Positions 1 to 8,820 of a stretch of DNA of 64,000 nucleotides are shown here, one piece after another (within the stretch, counting starts at the first letter, position 1; each line of letters opens with the position of its first letter). This DNA comes from an uncultured Thalassobaculaceae bacterium (lineage in GTDB: Bacteria > Pseudomonadota > Alphaproteobacteria > Thalassobaculales > Thalassobaculaceae): the NCBI GenBank assembly GCA_964483985.1, contig CAZADS010000061.1, positions 8,073 through 72,072 on the forward strand, written 5' to 3'. Position numbers and translations under genes: made by a program. The notes below the pieces were generated by a model that searched no databases, had not been told where the DNA came from, and saw only the letters and a program-made list of their open reading frames with translations.

Positions 1-1
1 T

Positions 2-403
2 GATTTAGGGATACCTTTTCGCACGCAAGTAGGTCTCTCGGGCCAGCTCCATGGTTCAGAAGCCAGTCGCCCTTTTCCATTCTTGGGACGCATGGCTTTG
101 GAGTTTTCGGAGATTAAGATTATTGGAAGACACATTGGTGTGCCATGGCTAGATGAAATGATATCTCTAATGATCAAATACCCTAATGTATTCGTGGATA
201 CATCAGCTTATAAAATCAAACGGTACCCTGCTGGACTTATCAATTATATGAATTCCATTAATAGGCATAAAGTTTTATTCGGATTAAATCATCCTTTTTG
301 GCCGCCATCTGAATGCCTCAAGGGTATTGGTGACTTAAGTCTATTTAGTGAAGTAAGAGATCTATTTTTATTTAAAAATGCCCAACTTATTTTCAACCTT
401 TAA
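2..403 (+). CDS. amidohydrolase-2 family protein, C-terminal part (5' end lies outside the window)
   Basis: The frame is open from the window edge (DLGIPFRTQVGL...). The C-terminal pattern VDTSAYK...VLFGLNHPFW resembles PF04909-type metal-dependent hydrolases. Confidence 0.45.
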   Translation, partial: DLGIPFRTQVGLSGQLHGSEASRPFPFLGRMALEFSEIKIIGRHIGVPWLDEMISLMIKYPNVFVDTSAYKIKRYPAGLINYMNSINRHKVLFGLNHPFWPPSECLKGIGDLSLFSEVRDLFLFKNAQLIFNL

Positions 404-748
404 CCACCTCAATAATATTAGAGTTATTTACTACCAACTACTTAAACAAATCTCGCAAAACAGCAAAAAACACAAACCAGTAAAATCGAACTTTATTGAA
501 AGCTCCTCTCTGAACGCTAAGTTCTGCGTACTTTTGCTGCCCGCATATCGTCCTAATTCGCACTATTCGATCCTACCCTAAATAAACCGAAAATCTGCCC
601 TAGACATACTCGCTGCCTGATATTTAATCAACTCGAATGCTTAAGCTGACCCATTACTTCAAAAATTAGGTGCCGAAGTTACTTGATTGCACTAGAAGAG
701 TCAGATCTATTTGATTTAATATGCGGGGAAAAAACTGGGAAGATTTCC

Positions 749-1564
749 ATGATTGTTAAAAAGCCAGTACTCTCTGACAAAGAAATCAGTACTTATCTCC
801 GAGATGGCGTGATTATACCTTCATTCCGCCTGCCTAACGACGCCCTAGCCCGACTTCGTTTATTAGCGGATCAAATCGTACAAAATAATCCTCATTTAGG
901 TGATGAACCCATGGCCTGTCCGCATGTCCCGGGTTCGGGTATTCAAAAACTTCAAAGTGAAACAGGCTGGATAGAATTCCCAACATATCCTGCTATCCTA
1001 GATATGCTTGAACAAATCCTCGGCCCAGATATAATCCTTTGGGGAACGACGCTATTTTATAAACCCCCGATAAATGGCCGCATTGTTCCTTGGCATCGAG
1101 ACGGGCGCTATTGGCCCATTAAACCGCTCGAAACTACTTCCGTATGGATCGCCATAGATGAATGTAGTATTGAAAACGGGTGCCTAAGAGCAATTCCGGG
1201 TTCACACAAAAGCCGAGAGATTGGGCGTCATTTTAGATCTACTCGAAATGACATCGCCATACCCGAGACATTATTCGAAAATGAATATGACGAGTCCCAA
1301 GCATTTAATATCGAATTAGAACCAGGGCAAATGGTCATCTTCGACGTCTATACAATCCATGGTTCCAACGCCAACTATACTGCGGACAAAAGAAGGGGAC
1401 TAGCGATGCGATACATTCCAGCAACCTGTCACTTCGATCATTACAATCTGCCTATAGAAGATTCCCGAGGAGCAGCTCATCATACCCGACCACTGATCCA
1501 AGTCCGCGGAGTTGACCGTACGGGTCTAAATAACTTTAAAATAGGACACCCGCTTTCAACCTGA
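749..1564 (+). CDS. phytanoyl-CoA dioxygenase (PhyH) family Fe(II)/2OG oxygenase
   Basis: WHRDGRYWP and a later IHGS His motif are typical of PhyH. The ATG at 749 has GGGAAG 7 nt upstream. The ORF track starts at a TTG at 683. Confidence 0.75.
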   Translation: MIVKKPVLSDKEISTYLRDGVIIPSFRLPNDALARLRLLADQIVQNNPHLGDEPMACPHVPGSGIQKLQSETGWIEFPTYPAILDMLEQILGPDIILWGTTLFYKPPINGRIVPWHRDGRYWPIKPLETTSVWIAIDECSIENGCLRAIPGSHKSREIGRHFRSTRNDIAIPETLFENEYDESQAFNIELEPGQMVIFDVYTIHGSNANYTADKRRGLAMRYIPATCHFDHYNLPIEDSRGAAHHTRPLIQVRGVDRTGLNNFKIGHPLST

Positions 1565-1609
1565 AAACCCCCCGTCAATTCGAACATTCATCCCAGGCTG
1601 TAAATCCCA

Positions 1610-2173
1610 TCAAGTCCTTGTCAATTCTTTTGGAGTTATGAACGTTTTGAGTTGGGCTGAACTTTCATCAAGACCCGCCCACGTTTTTGTATTAAGAGTC
1701 AACGTCGCCAATGCACCAGTTGGAAACTTTTGGTAAATCTTGTTGAAAATTTCTTGGTTTTGACTCCGAGTCTGTTTAATTAGCGAGCAAATCAGCATTT
1801 GGATACCAGGATTATGACCGATTAAAAGAATTTCTTTTTCGTCATTTGGTACATTGCGTATAACATTTAACAAAGACAAAACTGATGCTTCATAAATGTC
1901 GCGCCGAAATTTAACATCACGAGGCACTGGTAAAAAACGGTTTATGATACCCCATGTCATTCTCGTTCGGAGTGCGGGAGAGCATAGAATTAGAGTAGGA
2001 GATAAATTGGTTTTTTTACAAAACCTCCCAATTGTACTAGCCGACTCCAAACCCCGGTCATTCAAGGGTCTATCAAAATCATTCACCGGCGCGTCGGCCC
2101 AACTCGATTTCGCATGACGTAATACATGGAGAACTAATTCACACTCCTTTCCGCGATTAACATTGTTAATCAT
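1610..2173 (-). CDS. histidine phosphatase family protein (SixA-like)
   Basis: N-terminal LRHAKS (RHG-type catalytic motif), a later GHNP motif, and a size of about 187 aa. Confidence 0.7.
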   Translation of the reverse strand: MINNVNRGKECELVLHVLRHAKSSWADAPVNDFDRPLNDRGLESASTIGRFCKKTNLSPTLILCSPALRTRMTWGIINRFLPVPRDVKFRRDIYEASVLSLLNVIRNVPNDEKEILLIGHNPGIQMLICSLIKQTRSQNQEIFNKIYQKFPTGALATLTLNTKTWAGLDESSAQLKTFITPKELTRT

Positions 2174-2506
2174 TCTTCCTCCTCAGAATGTATCACCCTA
2201 CTAAACTTTGCAGGCTATGGTCTTACAAACATTCAATTTGATTCATACCATCAGTTATTTTTTTGGTAGATGAAGCATTCTCAAACAAGAGCTACCCAAA
2301 GACCGCTATTGCACAACCACTGGTCATACAAAAATTAAGACACCTTTATAAGAAATACGCTAGTCACTAATAAATAATAGGCTAAAGCAATCCTTAATTT
2401 TAGATTTTTTTAGGCATTTTAATACTAGCGAATCAAAAGCTAGCATAAAAACGCAATTATGTTACAAATCAACGAAGTGGCGATCAAATCCTTGGAGGGT
2501 AAAACG

Positions 2507-2854
2507 ATGCGGCACTTTTTTGTTTCCGTGCCTATCCTATTAGCAACTATTCTACTTTCGAGCTGTTTTTCGGAAGAAGAAAAAGCTGTCACCAAAAAGA
2601 AAGATTACATAATTGCCCGAAACGGCAAAGTAGAAGCGTTTAAGGTCATCTTACAAACTCGCCTTAAAGATCACGTTCTTGTACCTTTTGGAGAGGAAGT
2701 AAAAATAGAATTTCCTCCCAACAAAAGTAAAACCGTCCTAGTAAAAACCAAAAGTCAGGATCCAAACTGGAACGATTGTTCCATTGCAATGCAAGTGGGA
2801 CAAACTTTGGTAGTATACAAAAAATATGAGCATATTGAGTGTCGAGCAGAATAA
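2507..2854 (+). CDS. hypothetical lipoprotein
   Basis: The ATG at 2507 is preceded by GGAGGG. There is a signal peptide with lipobox LLSSC. No family was recognised. Confidence 0.5.
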   Translation: MRHFFVSVPILLATILLSSCFSEEEKAVTKKKDYIIARNGKVEAFKVILQTRLKDHVLVPFGEEVKIEFPPNKSKTVLVKTKSQDPNWNDCSIAMQVGQTLVVYKKYEHIECRAE

Positions 2855-3280
2855 TTCAATTTTCGAAGCTTAATAAATAGCTAGTTTTTGATTTTGATCC
2901 ACGGGTTTTCTACAGAAGTAGAAATAGCTCATTTTACTTCGAACAAATTTCCGACCGGAGATGTGATTAAAGTGACTGCGACTGTAATACGAGCAGGTTC
3001 TAAACGGATTAATAATACCAAAGTTATAATTGGTGGAATAGCCGCGCCCGAAAAGATCGAAAAAGGAGTAAGGCCTTTACTAACATTGTTTGTAATTTGA
3101 TTAGCACCTTTCTGGTCCTATGTTCGCTTTTTAAAGAAACACACGAACGCGAAACGTACACATGCTGGATTGAAAGCACCAAATATCTCTTTCCCCATAT
3201 TACATAATTCCTAAACAACTATTGTTTTCATGTTAATTATATATTTTTCCTTGTGAAATTCACTTGGGCACGTCGATTTT

Positions 3281-4684
3281 CTAATAAGGCGTGCCAGCAG
3301 CAATGCGATCGAACATGACTTCAGGTAACCAAAGTACTAAATCAGGGAATAACATAATCAAAGCCAAACAAACGAAATGCAGGGCTATAAATGGAATAAC
3401 CCCGCGATACATATCAACTAACTTCAGTTCTGGCGGGCTAATCCCCCGCAAAAAGAAAATAGCTGGTGCCATCGGCGGCGTTAAATAGCTCGTCTGTATG
3501 ACAATTAAAAACATAACGCAAAACCAAACGTCGTCAACGCCCATACCCCTCAGCACTGCAACCGAAATTGGGACAACAATTATCATTATAGATATAAATT
3601 CCAGCACAAAACCTGCAACAAATGTAATTAGCATTAGAATGAGCATTGTTGGCCATACAGTAAGATTCGCCTCTTGAAAAACATCTCGGACCGCGCTAAT
3701 GCCCCCGAGAGCTACAAAAACACCAGCAAACATCATACCTGCCAGCAATATCGTCAAAATCATTGCTGTAATACGCAGCGTTTTCAGTAGTGATTGCCGT
3801 AAAACTTTTAATGAAAAAGTCCGGTAACATATGGTCAATAGGATAGTGCCGGCTGCTCCCATAGCGCCCGCTTCCGTTGGCGTTGCCCAACCAAGCATGA
3901 TGGTACCTAAAACGCAAAATATAAGACAAAATAATGGGATAAGGGCTGTGGCAATGACCCATAGCTTTTCTAAAAAATCGGGACCTTCTTCAATTTCCGA
4001 GATGACGGGCCCATCTTCAGGGCAAAGTATACACCGTACTAGGATGTAAAGAATATATAATCCCGCTAAAATAAGACCTGGGAGCATAATCCCAACAAAC
4101 AAATTGCCAACACCGACGCCAGCAATGGGACCCAAAATAACGACGACTACCGACGGTGGAATAATAGTACCCAAAGAGCCTCCTGCACATATTGTCCCTG
4201 CTATCAACCCTTTGTCGTAACGGTGGCGCAGCATTATCGTAATAACCATCAAACCAACAACTGACTCTGCTGCTCCTACTACCCCGCTTGCAGCGGCAAA
4301 AACAACGCACAACATAACGGTGGCGATTGCCAAGCCGCCAGGTAATCTTCGTGTCCAAAGATGCATAGCCTCAAATAATTTCTCCGATACACCCGATCGT
4401 TCAAGCATACACCCCATAAAAATGAACAACGGAACAGCAGATAAAACGTAATACGAGGCAACGTCGTCCACTTTGGCAACCAATTGATGAATAAGAACAT
4501 CCCCGAACCTGAACAGCCCAAAAAAAATCGATACACCAATTAATGAAAATGCAACGGGAAAACCGATGAAGATAAGAATCATCAGCACCGGAAACATCAT
4601 TAAGCCCAAGCCTATTGTCATAACATATTCAAACTTTGTTTGCGCTAAAGTTGGATTTCTTACGTTCCAAAGATTTTTACTCAC
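3281..4684 (-). CDS. dctM: TRAP-type transporter large permease (DctM family)
   Basis: A 467-aa polytopic membrane protein with DctM-like conserved stretches (GGSLGTIIPPS, TPTEAGAMGA, YLTPPMAPA). Confidence 0.85.
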   Translation of the reverse strand: MSKNLWNVRNPTLAQTKFEYVMTIGLGLMMFPVLMILIFIGFPVAFSLIGVSIFFGLFRFGDVLIHQLVAKVDDVASYYVLSAVPLFIFMGCMLERSGVSEKLFEAMHLWTRRLPGGLAIATVMLCVVFAAASGVVGAAESVVGLMVITIMLRHRYDKGLIAGTICAGGSLGTIIPPSVVVVILGPIAGVGVGNLFVGIMLPGLILAGLYILYILVRCILCPEDGPVISEIEEGPDFLEKLWVIATALIPLFCLIFCVLGTIMLGWATPTEAGAMGAAGTILLTICYRTFSLKVLRQSLLKTLRITAMILTILLAGMMFAGVFVALGGISAVRDVFQEANLTVWPTMLILMLITFVAGFVLEFISIMIIVVPISVAVLRGMGVDDVWFCVMFLIVIQTSYLTPPMAPAIFFLRGISPPELKLVDMYRGVIPFIALHFVCLALIMLFPDLVLWLPEVMFDRIAAGTPY

Positions 4685-4713
4685 CTATATTATTATGTTT
4701 GTTGATAGGACAA

Positions 4714-5127
4714 TTAATCCGGTAATCTCCAAGTAGCGGTGCCTTCCGCTATTAAGAATGCATCCGCATCCCACACTTTTGCGTCCAGCCGCCCTATCGA
4801 ATTATCTTGATTCAAAAATTGAGCCTCGCAACGCCCTGGACCTCTATTTAGTTTGTGAAAATATTTCGTTTGCAATTCAATAGTAGCGCCGGCAGATCCG
4901 GTCATTTTTTTACTAAGATGTGCCATGGTAATATCTATGACCGTAGTGATTAGTCCCGCATGAAAACCACCAAAAGGACTAAATAAAAAATCATCAACGG
5001 GAAATAAACAAATACACTTATCATTTTGGTAGCTGATTTTTAAACCTAGAAATTCAAATAAAAAAAATGAGTTTTTATAATTTTTTAAAGCTCCGGATAA
5101 CCGTTGCTGTAATGCTGTTTCTTTCAT
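4714..5127 (-). CDS. PaaI-family hotdog thioesterase
   Basis: About 137 aa. The FHAGLITTVIDITMAH motif matches the hGG..a.l.D pattern of PaaI/YbgC-type thioesterases. Confidence 0.7.
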   Translation of the reverse strand: MKETALQQRLSGALKNYKNSFFLFEFLGLKISYQNDKCICLFPVDDFLFSPFGGFHAGLITTVIDITMAHLSKKMTGSAGATIELQTKYFHKLNRGPGRCEAQFLNQDNSIGRLDAKVWDADAFLIAEGTATWRLPD

Positions 5128-5552
5128 TTAATTTTTCCCCAGCTTACAGCCTTTTCCACCTCAATTACTATTAAAACTCTATTTTCTAAATTCATCGTTC
5201 TATACTGAGTGTATCGGCTACGTAAAAGCTGAATAACCTCCTCATTCAACTCGCTAACCTCCCTGACCATTGCCTGCCCACGGATCATCACCCATCCCAA
5301 CTTTTCCCAATCATCTTCATAATGGTCTACCACCAATGACACATACGGGTTTCCAGAAATATTTCGTACCCTTTTCAAAGACATGACATCAACAGTTTTT
5401 GGTTTGTCATCAAGAACTATGTAGATGGTTTTTCCCAAAAGGACAAAACAAACAGGCACGACGTGCGGGTGTCCTTTATCATCTACAGTAGCGAGGTGGG
5501 CTATCTTGTGGTGATTTAGAAAACGTTCTTGATCAATAGATAACATACACAC
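5124..5552 (-). CDS. pyridoxamine 5'-phosphate oxidase (PPOX) family protein
   Basis: IAHLATVDDKGHPHVVPVCF...DDKPK...LKRVRNI...DDWEKLGWVMIRG matches the PPOX split-barrel pattern. It overlaps the downstream gene by 4 nt. Confidence 0.7.
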   Translation of the reverse strand: MCMLSIDQERFLNHHKIAHLATVDDKGHPHVVPVCFVLLGKTIYIVLDDKPKTVDVMSLKRVRNISGNPYVSLVVDHYEDDWEKLGWVMIRGQAMVREVSELNEEVIQLLRSRYTQYRTMNLENRVLIVIEVEKAVSWGKIK

Positions 5553-5645
5553 CTATTAGAAAAATGCAGAGTGGCCAACTGGTATTATTAAACGAGTAGC
5601 CGGTTTTTCAACCAATACGATTAAAATCATTTACCTAATTTATAG

Positions 5646-6485
5646 TTATTCTCCTATTTGAAAAAGGCGGCCATGATTTCGAGCTCCGGCAAATGACCAA
5701 CCAAATACTATTGCGCCTATTAACAGATAGATTAAATTAGCGATAATAGCACCCACTAGCAGATCGGTGCGGAACACACTATCAATAAGCACTGATCGCA
5801 TACCTTCAAAGACATACGCAGAAGGTGTACACCAAGCAAATATTTGCAGCCATTCGGGCAACGTCTCTACTGGGTAGTAAATTGCGCTAATTGGCGCAAA
5901 TGCAAAAATTGCGACCCAAGCCAGACTTTCGGCACCTAAACCAAAACGCAAAACAAATGCGATGACCACCATCCCTAATCCCCACCCCATCACGAACAAG
6001 CAGGAGAAGAAAGCTACAATGCCCGGACCATAAGCAAATATAGAAAAATCGAAAAACAAGAATGCTAGAATCCAGGAAGGAACTAACCCCACAACGCCTC
6101 TTAAAAAGCTAATTATCATTAAAGCACTAATAAATTCATAGGGCCTCAATGGGCTAACGAAAAGATGGCCTAGGTTTCGGGACCACATTTCTTCTAAAAA
6201 ACACATAGAAAAACCTATTTGACTACGAAAAAGTAAATCCCAAAGTAACACCGCACCAATTAAGACCCCAGTTGCATTTGCTACCCAACTAGAATGCCCT
6301 GTGAAGAACTCCGTCACAAAACCCCAAATAATCATTTGAACAGTAGGCCAATACGCCATTTCCAAAATTCGTGGAAAGGAGCCTCTCAACAAATAATAAT
6401 GCCTTTTAACCAAGGCATTTACCCGTCTCATCGAAAATATAGCTGAGTTCCGGCTTGATAGGCTACCGTGAGAAAAATCATTCAC
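5646..6485 (-). CDS. ABC-2 type exporter permease
   Basis: A 279-aa protein with 6 TM segments, overlapping by 4 nt and apparently coupled to the upstream ABC ATPase. Confidence 0.75.
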   Translation of the reverse strand: MNDFSHGSLSSRNSAIFSMRRVNALVKRHYYLLRGSFPRILEMAYWPTVQMIIWGFVTEFFTGHSSWVANATGVLIGAVLLWDLLFRSQIGFSMCFLEEMWSRNLGHLFVSPLRPYEFISALMIISFLRGVVGLVPSWILAFLFFDFSIFAYGPGIVAFFSCLFVMGWGLGMVVIAFVLRFGLGAESLAWVAIFAFAPISAIYYPVETLPEWLQIFAWCTPSAYVFEGMRSVLIDSVFRTDLLVGAIIANLIYLLIGAIVFGWSFAGARNHGRLFQIGE

Positions 6486-7228
6486 AAATCACCTTCCCTG
6501 TCTCTGTTACGGGCAACATCTAGAAACACTTCTTCCATATTGGTGCGACCGTATTCTCTTATTAAGATTTTTGGTGATCCACGATCCACAATTTTACCAG
6601 CTCGCATCATAAGTACGTTATCGCAGAGACGTTCTACTTCCGCCATATGATGAGAGGCCAGTAAGATCGTCGCGTTTTCATCACGAGCGTATCGCTCCAA
6701 ATAGGATCGAACAGAGTCTGCAGTGTCTGGATCTAAAGATGCAGTTGGCTCATCTAACAATAGTAATCGAGGTGTATTTATAAGAGCCTTTGCTAACGCA
6801 ACACGTGTTTTCTGACCAGCCGAAAGTTGACCCGTTTTTCGATCAAGTAAATTATGGAAATTTAGACTTTCGGCCAGAAAATCAATTCTCCGTTTAATAG
6901 ATTGGATCGAATATAGCTCACCGTAGACTTGTAGATTTTCTCTTATAGTTAACCGGTTGGGCAAGTCCACGTAAGGTGAAGAAAAATTTATTAGCGGCAG
7001 AATGTCATGGCGTTCATTTATCATACACCGCCCAAAAATTTGGACCGAGCCACTAGTAGGAATCAGAAGTCCTAATAATATTGCAATTGTCGTGGTTTTA
7101 CCGGCTCCATTGCTACCCAATAGAGCCGTCACTTGGCCTTCCTCAACTTCAAAACCAACATCATCTATGGCGCGGATATTGCCAAACTTTTTAGTCAGAG
7201 CGCGCGCATGGATAGCAAAAGTAGACAT
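6482..7228 (-). CDS. ABC transporter ATP-binding protein
   Basis: Walker A GSNGAGKTT, signature LSAGQKTRV, Walker B LLLLDEPT. Confidence 0.9.
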   Translation of the reverse strand: MSTFAIHARALTKKFGNIRAIDDVGFEVEEGQVTALLGSNGAGKTTTIAILLGLLIPTSGSVQIFGRCMINERHDILPLINFSSPYVDLPNRLTIRENLQVYGELYSIQSIKRRIDFLAESLNFHNLLDRKTGQLSAGQKTRVALAKALINTPRLLLLDEPTASLDPDTADSVRSYLERYARDENATILLASHHMAEVERLCDNVLMMRAGKIVDRGSPKILIREYGRTNMEEVFLDVARNRDREGDL

Positions 7229-7453
7229 TAAAATATAGACCGTCCGGATAAATTACTTATTCAATTAAACAGATTAATTGCCACTCGCCATCGTCGCAAG
7301 TCGCCATTGCCTAAGCTTGAAAAAATACCACCTGGCAAGTATATTCCCGAAAGGAACTGGTCCCTTTTTTGGGTCCTAACCCATTTTACTTTCAATCTAG
7401 ATTTATTCTGGTTCAACCTAATAGGCTAGAATGGTAAAAGTTGGCTCGATAAA

Positions 7454-8791
7454 ATGAACGGGACGCGTATGATCGAGGAAGGAGCGCATCCAAAATATAT
7501 CCTCAATCCCGTCCCAACCGGAGCGGTAAGTGCGCGCACCTTAATCACGCTCCGTTGGGTTGCTATCGTAGGCCAGATGGTTGCTATATTAGTCGTAGAA
7601 TATGGTTTAAAGTTTTCACTGCCACTTTACCTCTGCATATCTATTATCTTAGCCGCTGCTATCTTCAACTTGTTCATGCAAGCTAGTAGCCGAACACACC
7701 CAAGATTAAGCGATCAATCGGCAGCGTTATCGCTTGGCTGGGATATAGCGCAGTCAACTGCGTTGCTGTTTGTTACTGGAGGAATGGCAAATCCTTTTGC
7801 TCTTTTATTGCTAGCTCCCGTCACCGTATCGGCTACAATTCTTTCTCTAAGGTCTACGATTTGGCTTTGCCTACTCGCTTTATCAGCAGCAACTATTTTG
7901 ATGTTAATTCATTTACCATTACCATGGCAAAAAACAGGGATACAGCTACCCACGTTATACATTTTTGGGATTTGGACCGCATTAATTATCGCTATCTTCT
8001 TCATAGCTGCATATACCTGGCGCGTAGCAGATGAGGCTAGAAGGATGACAAATGCGCTTGCAGCTACACAGATTGCTTTAGCTCGCGAACAGCAAATCTC
8101 AGCGCTTGGAGGTTTGGCTGCTGCTGCGGCTCATGAACTTGGTACTCCATTAAGTACGATAGCAGTAGTGACAGCCGAGTTATCGCGTGATGTTCCATCC
8201 GATAGTGAATTCTCCAGCGATATTGAGCTTTTACGAAGTGAAAGTGATCGATGTGCAGAGATATTGGCTCGTCTTTCGCATAAACCTGATATAGAAAATC
8301 CAGCACCTTTTGATCATATACCCATAAGTACATTAGTCGAACTCGCTGCAACACCCCATCAAAGAGATTCGGTAGAAATAATCATTGAACAGCACACACA
8401 GCGCAAACAAAGCGATCGCAGAATTCCTAATTCTGAGCCACTGGTTACCAGACGACCCGAAATGCTGCATGGTCTCAGCACTCTAGTTGAAAATGCTAGC
8501 CAATTTGCTAAAACCACTGTCGAAGTTACTATTGGATGGAATGATGACGAGGCGACTATTCTGATAGAAGATGACGGCCCCGGATTTTCTCCAGCCGTAT
8601 TAGATAGACTAGGAGAGCCATATCTCTCCACAAGACGAAATAGTTCAAATCATATGGGGTTGGGTATTTTTATTGCAAAAACTCTCCTCGAACGAACAGG
8701 TGGTCAGCTCGTTTTTGGCAACCGCCCTGACAACGGAGCATCGGTAACAGCTCGTTGGCTTCGCTCCTCCATAGAGCCCAATCCGAATTAG
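7454..8791 (+). CDS. regB: RegB/PrrB/ActS-type redox-responsive sensor histidine kinase
   Basis: N-terminal multi-TM region carrying the quinone-box heptapeptide GGMANPF, H-box AAAAHELGTPL, a conserved Cys in SDRCAEIL, and an HATPase G-box DDGPGF. Confidence 0.85.
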   Translation: MNGTRMIEEGAHPKYILNPVPTGAVSARTLITLRWVAIVGQMVAILVVEYGLKFSLPLYLCISIILAAAIFNLFMQASSRTHPRLSDQSAALSLGWDIAQSTALLFVTGGMANPFALLLLAPVTVSATILSLRSTIWLCLLALSAATILMLIHLPLPWQKTGIQLPTLYIFGIWTALIIAIFFIAAYTWRVADEARRMTNALAATQIALAREQQISALGGLAAAAAHELGTPLSTIAVVTAELSRDVPSDSEFSSDIELLRSESDRCAEILARLSHKPDIENPAPFDHIPISTLVELAATPHQRDSVEIIIEQHTQRKQSDRRIPNSEPLVTRRPEMLHGLSTLVENASQFAKTTVEVTIGWNDDEATILIEDDGPGFSPAVLDRLGEPYLSTRRNSSNHMGLGIFIAKTLLERTGGQLVFGNRPDNGASVTARWLRSSIEPNPN

Positions 8792-8820
8792 ATGGCAAAC
8801 ACTTAAAAGAAAATCCGAAA

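Noticed and set aside
2888-3218. ORFs 2888..3100 (+) and 3024..3218 (-) in the gap downstream of dctM.
   Set aside because: They have no family resemblance, overlap each other, and lack convincing start contexts. The region more likely holds a gene remnant, as noted under the dctM finding.
3696-4539. Three same-strand alternative-frame ORFs (3696..3962, 4017..4358, 4279..4539) inside dctM.
   Set aside because: Their translations are Arg/Cys/Trp-rich and low-complexity, with no family resemblance. The dctM frame gives a coherent DctM-type membrane protein, so these are compositional shadow ORFs.
5124-5552. A possible F420 theme: the PPOX-family protein here and the LLM oxidoreductase at 28773..29843 both resemble classes that include F420-dependent enzymes.
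   Set aside because: Cofactor specificity (FMN versus F420) cannot be read from these sequences by eye, and no F420 biosynthesis gene is in the window.
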